Positions 51,368 through 59,689 of a DNA stretch of 64,000 nt are shown here, in pieces. The DNA is from an uncultured Acidobacteriota bacterium (GTDB lineage: Bacteria > Acidobacteriota > JAQAZP01). The position numbers and the translations under genes were made by a program. The DNA is taken from contig CAWIIB010000008.1 of NCBI GenBank assembly GCA_963836075.1, positions 160,001-224,000 of the forward strand, read 5' to 3'. The first letter of the stretch is position 1. Every line of letters starts with the position of its first letter. The notes beneath the pieces were generated by a model. The model had not been told where the DNA came from. It searched no databases and saw only the letters and a program-made list of their open reading frames with translations.

Positions 51368-51808
51368 TCAGATGCCTGCCTCGGCCAGTGCGTCATACTC
51401 CTCTTCCGTCAGGTCACCCTGGGAATCGATCCGCTGTTCCAGCGCGCTCATCGACCAGACTTCCAGGTAATCCCCCTGGCCAAGCACCGACAATTCCCCT
51501 TCCAGACCGGCGGATATCCTGAGCAACGGGTGGATCAGGAGACGGCCCTGGGTGTCGATGCTGGCCTCATTGCCAAAATAACTGGTTCGCGACAGGTATT
51601 TCTGCCGGCCCTTGAAGGTGGACGGCAGGTCACGGAGGCGGCCCTCGATGGCCTCCCACACCGGCAGGGGGTAGATCCAGGCGCTCTGACCGGTGATGCT
51701 GGTCACGTAGACTCCGGGGCCGTAGGCCTCCCGCATCTCCTTGAGGAAGTCCCGCGGGATCTTGAGCCTCCCCCGGTCGTCCATCTTGGCCAGCTTGTTC
51801 CCCCGCAT
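51368..51808 (-). CDS. mraZ: MraZ transcriptional regulator, copy A (dcw-proximal)
   Basis: DDRGRLKIP and DTQGRLLIH SpoVT/AbrB repeats, GQGDYLEVW. Confidence 0.9.
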   Translation of the reverse strand: MRGNKLAKMDDRGRLKIPRDFLKEMREAYGPGVYVTSITGQSAWIYPLPVWEAIEGRLRDLPSTFKGRQKYLSRTSYFGNEASIDTQGRLLIHPLLRISAGLEGELSVLGQGDYLEVWSMSALEQRIDSQGDLTEEEYDALAEAGI

Positions 51809-51877
51809 GGGTCCCCTGAGAGTGATGGAAATAGTGTCAGCCGGTCATGGGACAACTTCCCTGACCGGCAGATTCTG

Positions 51878-51962
51878 CCGCCACCATAGTGGCATTTAGT
51901 CCATTTTAGTCCAATTTTGTCCCGGCTGTGATAAATATAGGTATGGCGTCGGAAAAAGTCAA
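51878..51962 (-). promoter_or_regulatory. Promoter TTGACT-17-TATATT with downstream 10-bp-period repeats (GGGAC, TGGAC, TGGAC)
   Basis: -35 at 51962-51957, -10 at 51939-51934; repeats on the + strand as AGTCCA/TGTCCC at 51898, 51908, 51918. Confidence 0.7.
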
Positions 51963-51995
51963 TGGCAGGGAATGAAATAAATGAAAAAAATTGGC

Positions 51996-52478
51996 CTACC
52001 CATTGAACCGGCCGGGGTCGGTCTCTTCGGGTGCGCTGAAAAGGAGGGTGGAGAAGGTTTCGGTGATCTGGGCGATGTCCTCGCGGCCTTCCTCGAGGTA
52101 GCGGTCCATGGTTTCAGGGTTCCAGATCTCGATGTGTTCCATGATCCCCACCAGAACCGCCTCCTGATCGATGCCGGCGTAGTCGCGGAGCTTGGGCGGC
52201 AGCAGGATGCGGCCCTGCTTGTCCGGTCGGCATTGGACTGCGCCGTAAAACATGTTGCGCAGGAAAGGGATCAGGTTTTCCGGCATCGAGTGCGACTGTT
52301 TGAGCCGTCGCTGCAGGCGGAGCAACTCGGTCTGGGGGAAAACGTTGAGACAGCGATCAAAGCGGGTGACCACCAGGTCGTCGCCACTGAAGGTGTCGTG
52401 CAGAACGGTGCGGAACGCCGGCGGGAAGGTCAGCCGGCCCTTGTCATCAAGACGGTATTGGAAGGTTCCAAGAAACAT
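51996..52478 (-). CDS. mraZ: MraZ transcriptional regulator, copy B
   Basis: MFLGTF..LDDKGRLTFP, DKQGRILLP..LR.YAGI, LVG..HIEIW. Confidence 0.92.
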   Translation of the reverse strand: MFLGTFQYRLDDKGRLTFPPAFRTVLHDTFSGDDLVVTRFDRCLNVFPQTELLRLQRRLKQSHSMPENLIPFLRNMFYGAVQCRPDKQGRILLPPKLRDYAGIDQEAVLVGIMEHIEIWNPETMDRYLEEGREDIAQITETFSTLLFSAPEETDPGRFNG

Positions 52479-52575
52479 GTGCTCAGTGGGTAGAGAAAAT
52501 TTGGGGGATTCAAACAGCTTGCCTCGCTCCCCAGGCCGTAGGAAGCGTGGGGCTGTTTGAACCCCCGTAAAGATA

Positions 52576-52630
52576 TACCATAAACCCCCACTTTTCACCA
52601 TCTTTTACCACATCGGATTTCAGGTGTCAA
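52576..52630 (-). promoter_or_regulatory. Promoter with four MraZ-type boxes (TGGTA, TGGTG, TGGGG, TGGTA) at exact 10-bp period
   Basis: CCA at + strand 52578, 52588, 52598, 52608; TTGACA at 52630-52625 and weak -10 TAAAAG overlapping box 1. Confidence 0.75.
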
Positions 52631-52730
52631 GCCTTAAATCATTTTTTTCCCACCGCAGGGAATACAGGCGCAATCCCCCACCGGTTGCGGGTTCCGCGGG
52701 CTGGGCCGGGAGAGGTTGGGTGTCTGGGAA

Positions 52731-54938
52731 TCAGCGGGTGAGGGCCAGGGCGGCATCGAGGTGCGGGCCGGTGGCCCCGGCCTCCACCGCCCGTTCCAGC
52801 AGGGCCGTGCCCTGGGCTGCGTAACCGGCGCGGATGGCTGCGGCGCCGGCGGCGGCCAGCAGCCGCGGGTGGGTGGGGTGCCAGGCCAGGCCTCGCTGGA
52901 AACACTCGAAGGCTTCCGCCGGCCTGCCGCAGAGGTAGAGGGCCCGGCCGAGGAGCAGGCGCGGGTCGGCCAGGTCCGGCTCCAGGTGGACGGCCCGGCC
53001 CAGCGGACCCCGCGCGGCATCAGGGTCGCCGGTGGCCAGCAGCAGCTTGCCGGCATTCAGCTGAACCGGGGTGTCGCCGGGCCGCTGGTCAGCCGCCCGG
53101 CAGACCAGTGCGCGGAGCTCGGCCAGCCGGGAACTGTCGGGTGGCAGCAGACGGCAGATGCTGTGGGCTGCATGGCCGGCGGCGGGGTCGGCCTCCAGGG
53201 CCGCGGCATACCCCTCCAGGGCCTCCTGCCGGCGTCCCCGCTGTTCGGCCAGCACGGCCCGGGCGGTGAGTGTCCCGGCCGACCGGTCCTCCGCCGGGGC
53301 GAAGGTGTCCAGCAGGGTCTCGGCCTGATCCGGCTCTCCGGCCGCGCAGCAGATACCCACGGCAGTGGCCAGCTGGCCGTGGGCCGCCGGGTTCCAGCCC
53401 TGGTGGACTGCGGCCTGGAGCGAGTTCAAGGCGCCCGGCCGGTCACCCGCCCGGCTCTGCTGGACCGCCAGGCGAGCCAGCAGCAGGGGGTGGTCACCCA
53501 GCCGGTCCCGGGCATCCAGCAGGCGGGACAGAGCCTCATCCGGCCTGTCGGCCCACTGCAGGTAGTCGGCCAGGTGGATCACCGGCCGGGCGGCGGGCAG
53601 CGGGCCGCCGCTCTCCTCTGCCAGGTAACCGAGCAGGAGAAGCTGTTGCTGATAGCGGTCCGGGGCCGGGGCAGCCGAATCATCTCCGGCCCGGGCATTG
53701 CCGGGGAGGGGTTGTTGGCCCGCGCTTACCGGTGCGGTGGCGCCGGGCCTGCGCTTCTCCGCCAGTACCCGGCCGGGCAGCGAGTGGAACCGTTCCCCCA
53801 GCAATTGCCAGAGCAGGGTGGGTGCGATGTCCAGGACCGAGGCGTCGGCCAGTGTGCCCGGTGCGATCCAGGGTGCGTTGAACAGCACCATTCCCAGCGG
53901 GCGGTGCCAGGTTGCCGCCTGGTGCCGGAAATCGGCCGGGTCGCCTGTGGGACGGTCCTCACCGGTGAAGAACCCGTGGTCCGAAACGACCACCACCATG
54001 GTGCCGGGGGAGACCAGGTGGCAGAGGTCGCCCACCATGGCGTCCACCAGCCGGTAGTAGCGTAAAGGGGCCTGGTGGCGCGGGTCGGTCTCGGCGGTCT
54101 GGCCGTAGAGATGGGTCACGGTGTCGGTGCCCAGGAAATAGATGGCGGTGAAGTCGGGCTGCCGGTCGCGCAACATCTCCCTGGTCATCCGGTAGTAGGT
54201 GGCTGTGGAGGCCAGGCTTTGCCGGAGCAGTTGCAGTTTCGGGTCACCGGTGCCGGGAGCCAGGTCCCCCGGGGTGCAGGGGGCGATGGCGCCCACCGCC
54301 GCGGCGTCCAGCTCTTCGGGGGTGACCAGGCAGGGCTCCAGCCGGGCAGCCAGCTCCGCCGGGTGGTAGAGGGTGTCCCGGGGGGCAGCTCCGGCGCCCT
54401 CCACCGGACCGGGAAAGGCGAACTGGACCTGGTCGGTGACCACCCGGCCGTTGAGCGTGTGGTCGGCCGGCCAGCTGGCCCACCAGGCGGTGACCGCCAC
54501 TTCCAGACCGCGGGCGGAGAGGATCTCCCACAGCGTGGGAACGAGGAGTGCATGTCGGCTCACCGGCCGCAGGCCGCCTTCCCCGTCCACGTCGGCGAAG
54601 AAATCGGTGACCCCGTGTAGGTCCGGAGTCAGTCCGGTGGCGATGCTGGTCCAGACCAGGGGCGAGATGATCGGCCGCACGGTTCGCAGGTCCCCGCGAA
54701 GCCCGTTTCCGGACAGGCGAGCCAGGTTGGGCAGTTCCCCCTGGCCGATCCAGCGGTCCAGCATGACCCAGTCCGCTGCATCGAGGCCGATGAGCAGCGC
54801 CCTGGGGGCCTGGTCTTCATCGGGGGCCGGGTGCCGGCCCTCACCGGAGAACAGTCCCAGGACCGGGAGCAGCAGCAGGGCGGCCACCAGCAGGGCGACC
54901 AGGGCGGCAATGGGGGATGGGCCGTTGTGCCGGTTCAT
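52731..54938 (-). CDS. Alkaline phosphatase superfamily (nucleotide pyrophosphatase/phosphodiesterase-like) protein with C-terminal TPRs
   Basis: N-terminal TM/signal, IGLDAADW, SPLVWTSIATG, SDHGF, LLGYL, then Ala/Leu-rich TPR helices. Confidence 0.85.
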   Translation of the reverse strand: MNRHNGPSPIAALVALLVAALLLLPVLGLFSGEGRHPAPDEDQAPRALLIGLDAADWVMLDRWIGQGELPNLARLSGNGLRGDLRTVRPIISPLVWTSIATGLTPDLHGVTDFFADVDGEGGLRPVSRHALLVPTLWEILSARGLEVAVTAWWASWPADHTLNGRVVTDQVQFAFPGPVEGAGAAPRDTLYHPAELAARLEPCLVTPEELDAAAVGAIAPCTPGDLAPGTGDPKLQLLRQSLASTATYYRMTREMLRDRQPDFTAIYFLGTDTVTHLYGQTAETDPRHQAPLRYYRLVDAMVGDLCHLVSPGTMVVVVSDHGFFTGEDRPTGDPADFRHQAATWHRPLGMVLFNAPWIAPGTLADASVLDIAPTLLWQLLGERFHSLPGRVLAEKRRPGATAPVSAGQQPLPGNARAGDDSAAPAPDRYQQQLLLLGYLAEESGGPLPAARPVIHLADYLQWADRPDEALSRLLDARDRLGDHPLLLARLAVQQSRAGDRPGALNSLQAAVHQGWNPAAHGQLATAVGICCAAGEPDQAETLLDTFAPAEDRSAGTLTARAVLAEQRGRRQEALEGYAAALEADPAAGHAAHSICRLLPPDSSRLAELRALVCRAADQRPGDTPVQLNAGKLLLATGDPDAARGPLGRAVHLEPDLADPRLLLGRALYLCGRPAEAFECFQRGLAWHPTHPRLLAAAGAAAIRAGYAAQGTALLERAVEAGATGPHLDAALALTR

Positions 54939-55422
54939 GGTTTCCTCGCGTAGAGATACACGAGTATTGTCCCGCAGCCAGACTGATCGTTCAAGTGAGA
55001 ATGGGGTACGGTGGATCGACGGGAAGGAAAAGAAAAAAAGGCAGGGGAATAATTTTTTGTCAAGGGGGTTGGTTGAAGCAGGTTTTGATCCCCGGTAAAC
55101 CGGGAACCAAAGTTTCCTTGGGTAGCAGAAACTGTCTCTCAAGGTTGCAGGAACAAAAAACGACCCCCCTGCCTGTTATACACCTTGTCGTGCTTCCGGC
55201 GTTCCTTTCCCGGGCAATCAACTGATAATTGATTTCCCGTGCCTGGCAAAACCGGGGAACCTGGACCGCCCTCAAAGGACGGCGTGAAGATCCCGCCCGG
55301 TGGCACCGCCGGGCCTCTGTCGGCCCAACATATGTAAATTCATTCAGTTATGTGTTAGATCTATAGCCGTATCGTGTTAAGTCCAGTCGGTTTTCCGCTG
55401 GTTTGTTTTTGATTTCGATATA

Positions 55423-55451
55423 AATATAAACTATCAGTTGATTCCTGTCAA
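55423..55451 (-). promoter_or_regulatory. sigma70 promoter firing leftwards
   Basis: TTGACA (55451-55446)-17 bp-TATATT (55428-55423). Confidence 0.65.
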
Positions 55452-55752
55452 GGCTTTTTACTCCTTTATTCCATCACCATGGGGAGTGATTCATCCGGGC
55501 CGGGTCACCGGATCCGAACCGCTGACCCGTTGTGCCGAACTCCTGTCCGGGCCTGGCTCCGGCGTCCCGGGCGGAGGCGGCCCAGAATTGGTTTCATGGA
55601 CTATCCCATTTTTTTGCAAGGGGTTGTCACCGGGGACGGTGGCCACTCCGCCCACCGGCAATACCGGCAACTGCCGGGGCTCAGGGTAGCGGGAGCAATG
55701 GTATTCACCGATCACGGGGGAGGACGGTAAACAGTAATAAACAGGAAATTTA

Positions 55753-55781
55753 TTGACAAAGAGAGTGCAATCTTTTAAATT
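55753..55781 (+). promoter_or_regulatory. sigma70 promoter of the XRE gene
   Basis: TTGACA-17 bp-TAAATT followed by GGAGGA and ATG 55810. Confidence 0.65.
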
Positions 55782-55809
55782 TAGACATTATGGAGGATTG
55801 ACTGCCGGG

Positions 55810-56781
55810 ATGAACTCATTCGCCCTGAAAATCACCAAGAACCGCAAGAAGCTCGGATATACTAAAAAGACCGTTGCCAACCTCGTTCAGTGTAGCGAAA
55901 CCTACATCGGTAACATCGAGAACAAGGGTGTGGTTCCCGAGGACGAGATCGTCATCCGGCTGGCCAATGCCCTGAATCTGAACGAGCGGGACCTGCTCCT
56001 GCTGGCACACAAGGTCAAGGCTCCCCGGGGGGCCAAGCAGTATTTCGAGGCGCCGCGGGCCACCTACCCCCAGGTACGGCGGTTTCTGCTCGACTGTTGC
56101 GGGAACCGGGAGACCATGGCCGAGGAGTTTTCCGGGTCGCCATTCTCCACCATCGAGAAGTTCATTGCCCGCAACATCCTCTATGACCCGTTGCAACTCT
56201 ACTCCCGGGTTCGTGAGGAATCCTCCCTGCGGGTGGAAACTCTGGAATACCTTTACGAACTGCTGATTTCCGGGCCGCAGGTCTTCGCCGATTATCTCTC
56301 GGTATACGAACGCGAACTCACCTCCGGCCGCGGCAACTCGAAGCGGTTCAATGCCAGCATGCAGGACCTGGTCCAGGTCTGGACGTTTGATGCCGAGGAG
56401 TTTCGTCTCAGCGTCCTTTCGGATCATGAATTTGTCCGGCGCGACCTCTCCTTCGCCCGGGAGACCCTGGGGCAGTACATCGAGTATCACCGCCAGCAGT
56501 GCGGTATGAGTATCGAGGATGTGGCGCGGCGGGCGCAGATCGTTCCGGGCGCTCTGGAGCGGATTGAGAAGGACGATTACCCGCTGGAGCTGAAACTGGA
56601 GACCATCGGCCACATTCTGCTGGCCATCGGGATCGGGCAGGCGGCCCGGACGGATGAAAAATACTCGACAACCGATTACCGGTTGCTGGATACGTACAAG
56701 CGGCTCTCCTCTTCAAGCAGGAAAGAAATCGACAGCTTTATGAGCTACAAGCTTTCCGAAGAGGATCTGGCCGATCTATAA
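55810..56781 (+). CDS. Transcriptional regulator with two XRE-type HTH domains
   Basis: RKKLGYTKKTVANLVQCSETYIGNIEN and RQQCGMSIEDVARRAQIVPGALERIEK. Confidence 0.85.
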   Translation: MNSFALKITKNRKKLGYTKKTVANLVQCSETYIGNIENKGVVPEDEIVIRLANALNLNERDLLLLAHKVKAPRGAKQYFEAPRATYPQVRRFLLDCCGNRETMAEEFSGSPFSTIEKFIARNILYDPLQLYSRVREESSLRVETLEYLYELLISGPQVFADYLSVYERELTSGRGNSKRFNASMQDLVQVWTFDAEEFRLSVLSDHEFVRRDLSFARETLGQYIEYHRQQCGMSIEDVARRAQIVPGALERIEKDDYPLELKLETIGHILLAIGIGQAARTDEKYSTTDYRLLDTYKRLSSSSRKEIDSFMSYKLSEEDLADL

Positions 56782-56986
56782 TGATAGTGATGGGGTAGGA
56801 GATCGTGGCCGCCCACCCGCTGGCGGCTGCCGTACAATAATAGAAACGACTGAACAGAAACGACAGGTTCAAACACTATTTGTTGAAGCAGGGTGTTGAT
56901 CCAGAGGCTCCCGACCGCACGACAGCGATCCCACGGCACACCACAGCCCGCTGTTTATTGACGCAGGAGCGAGGAGGTTAGGAACA

Positions 56987-57862
56987 ATGAGCAGCAGGGT
57001 AGCAGCAACAGGGCCCCCGAATGAAATCGCCGCACTGCGGCAGACAGGTATCGACCTGTGCACCAAGGGGTTTTACCAGAAGGCCCTGAGCGCATTCCAG
57101 AAGGCGCTCTTTCTCGCCGCGGAGCCGGCGGCCAACTCCGAGATCTACTGTGACATCGGTGTTGTCTACCGCTATCTCAACCGGCTGGAGATGGCCGACG
57201 ACATATTCCAGTTCATTCTGGATAACGACCCACCGGCCAGGATCCGGGTCATCGCGCACATCGAGCAGGCCATCGTCAATCTACGCCAGTTGGACCATCG
57301 CTCGGCCCTGGAGAAAATCGCCCTGGCCGACAAGCACTACGTGGAAGACGTGGTGTTGCAGACGCACCTCAATTCCACTTACGGCCGCGTCTATTTCCTG
57401 CTGTCGGACTACGAGAACGCGCTGTCCAAGTACAACAAGGCCCTGTCGATCATCCAGACGCACAACGGCGCTTCAGCGATTCCCATCATTCTCAACAACA
57501 TCGGCGATTGCTACGTCCAGATGGGCGACTATCCGCGCGGGGAGGAGTTCAACCTCAAGGCGCTGAAGATCGCCAAGGAACGCAAGAACAACCGCTGTAT
57601 CTCCGAGTGTCTCCTCTCACGAATGGATGCGGCCATTCTCCAGGACCAGCACGAGCAGGCCAAGCTCTTTGGCAAGCAGTCCCTGTCCATTGCCCGCTCG
57701 TTCAAATTCGGCGACATCATTGGCGAGGTGGAATACCGGCTGGCCAACATCTACCGGGAAGAGGGGAAGGAGAACATCTCGAATTTCTTCCTTAACCGCG
57801 TGCTGCAATCGCACCGCAACCTCAATTCGGAAGTGCTCAACATCCTGGCAAAAACCGGTTGA
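56987..57862 (+). CDS. Cytoplasmic tetratricopeptide repeat protein
   Basis: Repeated helices (IGVVYRYL, YGRVYFLLSDYENALSKYNKAL, LNNIGDCYVQMGDY); AGGAGG RBS. Confidence 0.85.
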   Translation: MSSRVAATGPPNEIAALRQTGIDLCTKGFYQKALSAFQKALFLAAEPAANSEIYCDIGVVYRYLNRLEMADDIFQFILDNDPPARIRVIAHIEQAIVNLRQLDHRSALEKIALADKHYVEDVVLQTHLNSTYGRVYFLLSDYENALSKYNKALSIIQTHNGASAIPIILNNIGDCYVQMGDYPRGEEFNLKALKIAKERKNNRCISECLLSRMDAAILQDQHEQAKLFGKQSLSIARSFKFGDIIGEVEYRLANIYREEGKENISNFFLNRVLQSHRNLNSEVLNILAKTG

Positions 57863-57943
57863 TCGGTCTGGTTCCTCAATCCCGGGGGGGCTCCCGGGTG
57901 CCGGGTTTCTGACGGCGAGTGTGAAAAGGATTCGGAGAATATT

Positions 57944-58672
57944 ATGAAGAATATCATCAAGAACAGAGCGGGCCGGTTCCTGTTCCTGCTGTTCCTGCTC
58001 CTGCCGCTGACGGCGCAGGCCAATACCGTGTCCGAGGGCAAGGACGGCCTCACCTGGACCTTTTCCTCTGTGGTCCGGATGACCTCGGACGGCGTGCGCT
58101 ACGATATCTATTACGAGAACGACTACCAGCAGGGAATGATCACCCGCGACCAGGAGATGGACGTCGAGCCCTTTGGTCAGCTCGACGAGAACGGCCTGCC
58201 CTGGGTCATCTGGTCCCGGCAGAAGGTCGATGGCGACTTCTACCTGTTCATGAGTTACTTCAACGGGGCCCAGTGGTCCGATCCCGAGGAACTCCCCAGT
58301 TTCGCCGAACGGGTGAGCGACCGGGAATGCCACTTCCGTCTGGGCGTGGCCGGCCGCATTTACATCTCCTTCATCCGCCATTCGGAAGTGGATGAGAAAG
58401 TGATGTTCGGCATCTACAAGACCTGGTCCGGCGGCTGGACCGAAGTGGGCCCGGTGGTCACCCTCGGGGAAGGGCACGTGGCCAAACAGCCGAACCTCTT
58501 CCCGATATATGACGAAGTGGGCCTGGCGCAGTTTCTGCTCGGGTTTATCCACGTCCATCCCGAGGGTGAGGGTGAAGCTCCTCCGGATGGTGACGGACTC
58601 TGGGAGACCATCGATCAATACCTCAGGGTATTCAATTCGGGAGATACGAGCCCCTGGTTCCAGGTCCAGTGA
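57944..58672 (+). CDS. Hypothetical secreted beta-rich protein
   Basis: Signal peptide ending TAQA; aromatic beta-strand blades (PWVIWS, YFNGAQWS, WSGGWT). Confidence 0.75.
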   Translation: MKNIIKNRAGRFLFLLFLLLPLTAQANTVSEGKDGLTWTFSSVVRMTSDGVRYDIYYENDYQQGMITRDQEMDVEPFGQLDENGLPWVIWSRQKVDGDFYLFMSYFNGAQWSDPEELPSFAERVSDRECHFRLGVAGRIYISFIRHSEVDEKVMFGIYKTWSGGWTEVGPVVTLGEGHVAKQPNLFPIYDEVGLAQFLLGFIHVHPEGEGEAPPDGDGLWETIDQYLRVFNSGDTSPWFQVQ

Positions 58673-58687
58673 GCCGGCGGGGTTCCC

Positions 58688-59560
58688 GTGGTGCACCTGC
58701 TGAACAATCGTAAAAAGCCTTCCCGCCCCCGGCCCGGTGCGGGAGGGTTTTTTTTTACCTCCTTCTGCCGCCTCCTCATCCTGCTGCTGCTGTCGGAACT
58801 GGTCGGCTGCGGCCCGATCCCCGCTCCACCGGTGCGCGGCACTTCCCGGACCGGGAGGAGCACGGCTTCCCCGCCGCCGGCCGTGGAGCAGCCGGAACCG
58901 GCTCCGGACACCGCCGCCCCGCCGCCGTCACAGCCGTCTCCGCCGGCAGCAGCACCCCCAGCGAGGCCCGACATCGACATCCCCGGTGTCTTTCACGTGG
59001 TGCAGCCGGGGCAGACTGTTTGGCGGATCGCCAAAACCTACGGCATTTCCCTCGAACTGCTGGCCGGAATCAATGAACTGGATGACCCCACCGTCATCGA
59101 GACCGGACAACGCCTGTTCATTCCCGGCGCTGAAAAATTGTTGGAGGTCGCCGTCTACCAACCGGAGGACCGGTCCACCGGGGAGCGGACCGGCGACATT
59201 TCCCTGCAGTGGCCCCTCACCGGGACCATCACCTCCCGTTTCGGCGGCCGGCGCCGGCACACGGGCCTCGACATCGCCGCCCCCCGCAATACGCCGGTGC
59301 TCGCCGCCGCTGACGGCGAGGTGACGTATAGCGGCAACGGTCTGCGCGGCTATGGCAACCTGGTGGTGATCGACCACGGCAAGGGGGTGGTCACGCTTTA
59401 CGCCCACAATAACCGGAACCTGGTGCGCAAGGGGGAGCGGGTCAGGCGCGGGGAGAAGATCGCCCGGGTCGGGTCCACCGGCCACTCCACCGGCCCGCAC
59501 GTGCATTTCGAAGTGCAGATCGACGGCCAACGGGTGGATCCCCAGCGCTACCTCGATTGA
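58688..59560 (+). CDS. LysM + M23 peptidase lipoprotein (NlpD-like)
   Basis: Lipobox LVGC, Pro-rich linker, LysM (HVVQPGQTVWRIA), HTGLD, GYGN, HVHFE. Confidence 0.9.
   Translation: MVHLLNNRKKPSRPRPGAGGFFFTSFCRLLILLLLSELVGCGPIPAPPVRGTSRTGRSTASPPPAVEQPEPAPDTAAPPPSQPSPPAAAPPARPDIDIPGVFHVVQPGQTVWRIAKTYGISLELLAGINELDDPTVIETGQRLFIPGAEKLLEVAVYQPEDRSTGERTGDISLQWPLTGTITSRFGGRRRHTGLDIAAPRNTPVLAAADGEVTYSGNGLRGYGNLVVIDHGKGVVTLYAHNNRNLVRKGERVRRGEKIARVGSTGHSTGPHVHFEVQIDGQRVDPQRYLD
58712..58756 (+). terminator. Intrinsic terminator overlapping the 5' end of the M23 ORF
   Basis: CCTTCCCGC/GCGGGAGGG stem, preceded by A5 and followed by T9. Confidence 0.6.
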
Positions 59561-59578
59561 TTAAAGCAACAGGAAAAG

Positions 59579-59652
59579 AGGTGACATTCACCTATTATCC
59601 GGCTGGAAACACGCCAGATTCTCCCTCAGAGACGAAGTGACAGTCACCTATT
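59579..59652. repeat. Pair of short palindromic direct repeats GTGACA(T/G)TCACCTATT
   Basis: Copies at 59581-59596 and 59637-59652, 15/16 identical. Confidence 0.6.
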
Positions 59653-59689
59653 TCCAGAAGCAACCACCCGCCCCTGATCTTGTCGGATC

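Noticed and set aside
51878-52610. CRISPR or tandem-repeat array from the periodic repeats near mraZ
   Set aside because: Units are 5-6 nt at a 10-bp period, matching MraZ operators, with no spacers or cas genes.
52630-55800. RNase P RNA, 6S RNA or c-di-GMP riboswitch in the intergenic regions upstream of mraZ
   Set aside because: No GAGGAAAGTCC RNase P motif or GNRA/receptor riboswitch architecture could be seen; only isolated short matches.
56782-56986. Quorum-sensing peptide ORF between the XRE and TPR genes
   Set aside because: Only 5-11-codon ORFs with poor RBS spacing and no signal-peptide character; a GCCGCC/GGCGGC hairpin explains the region.
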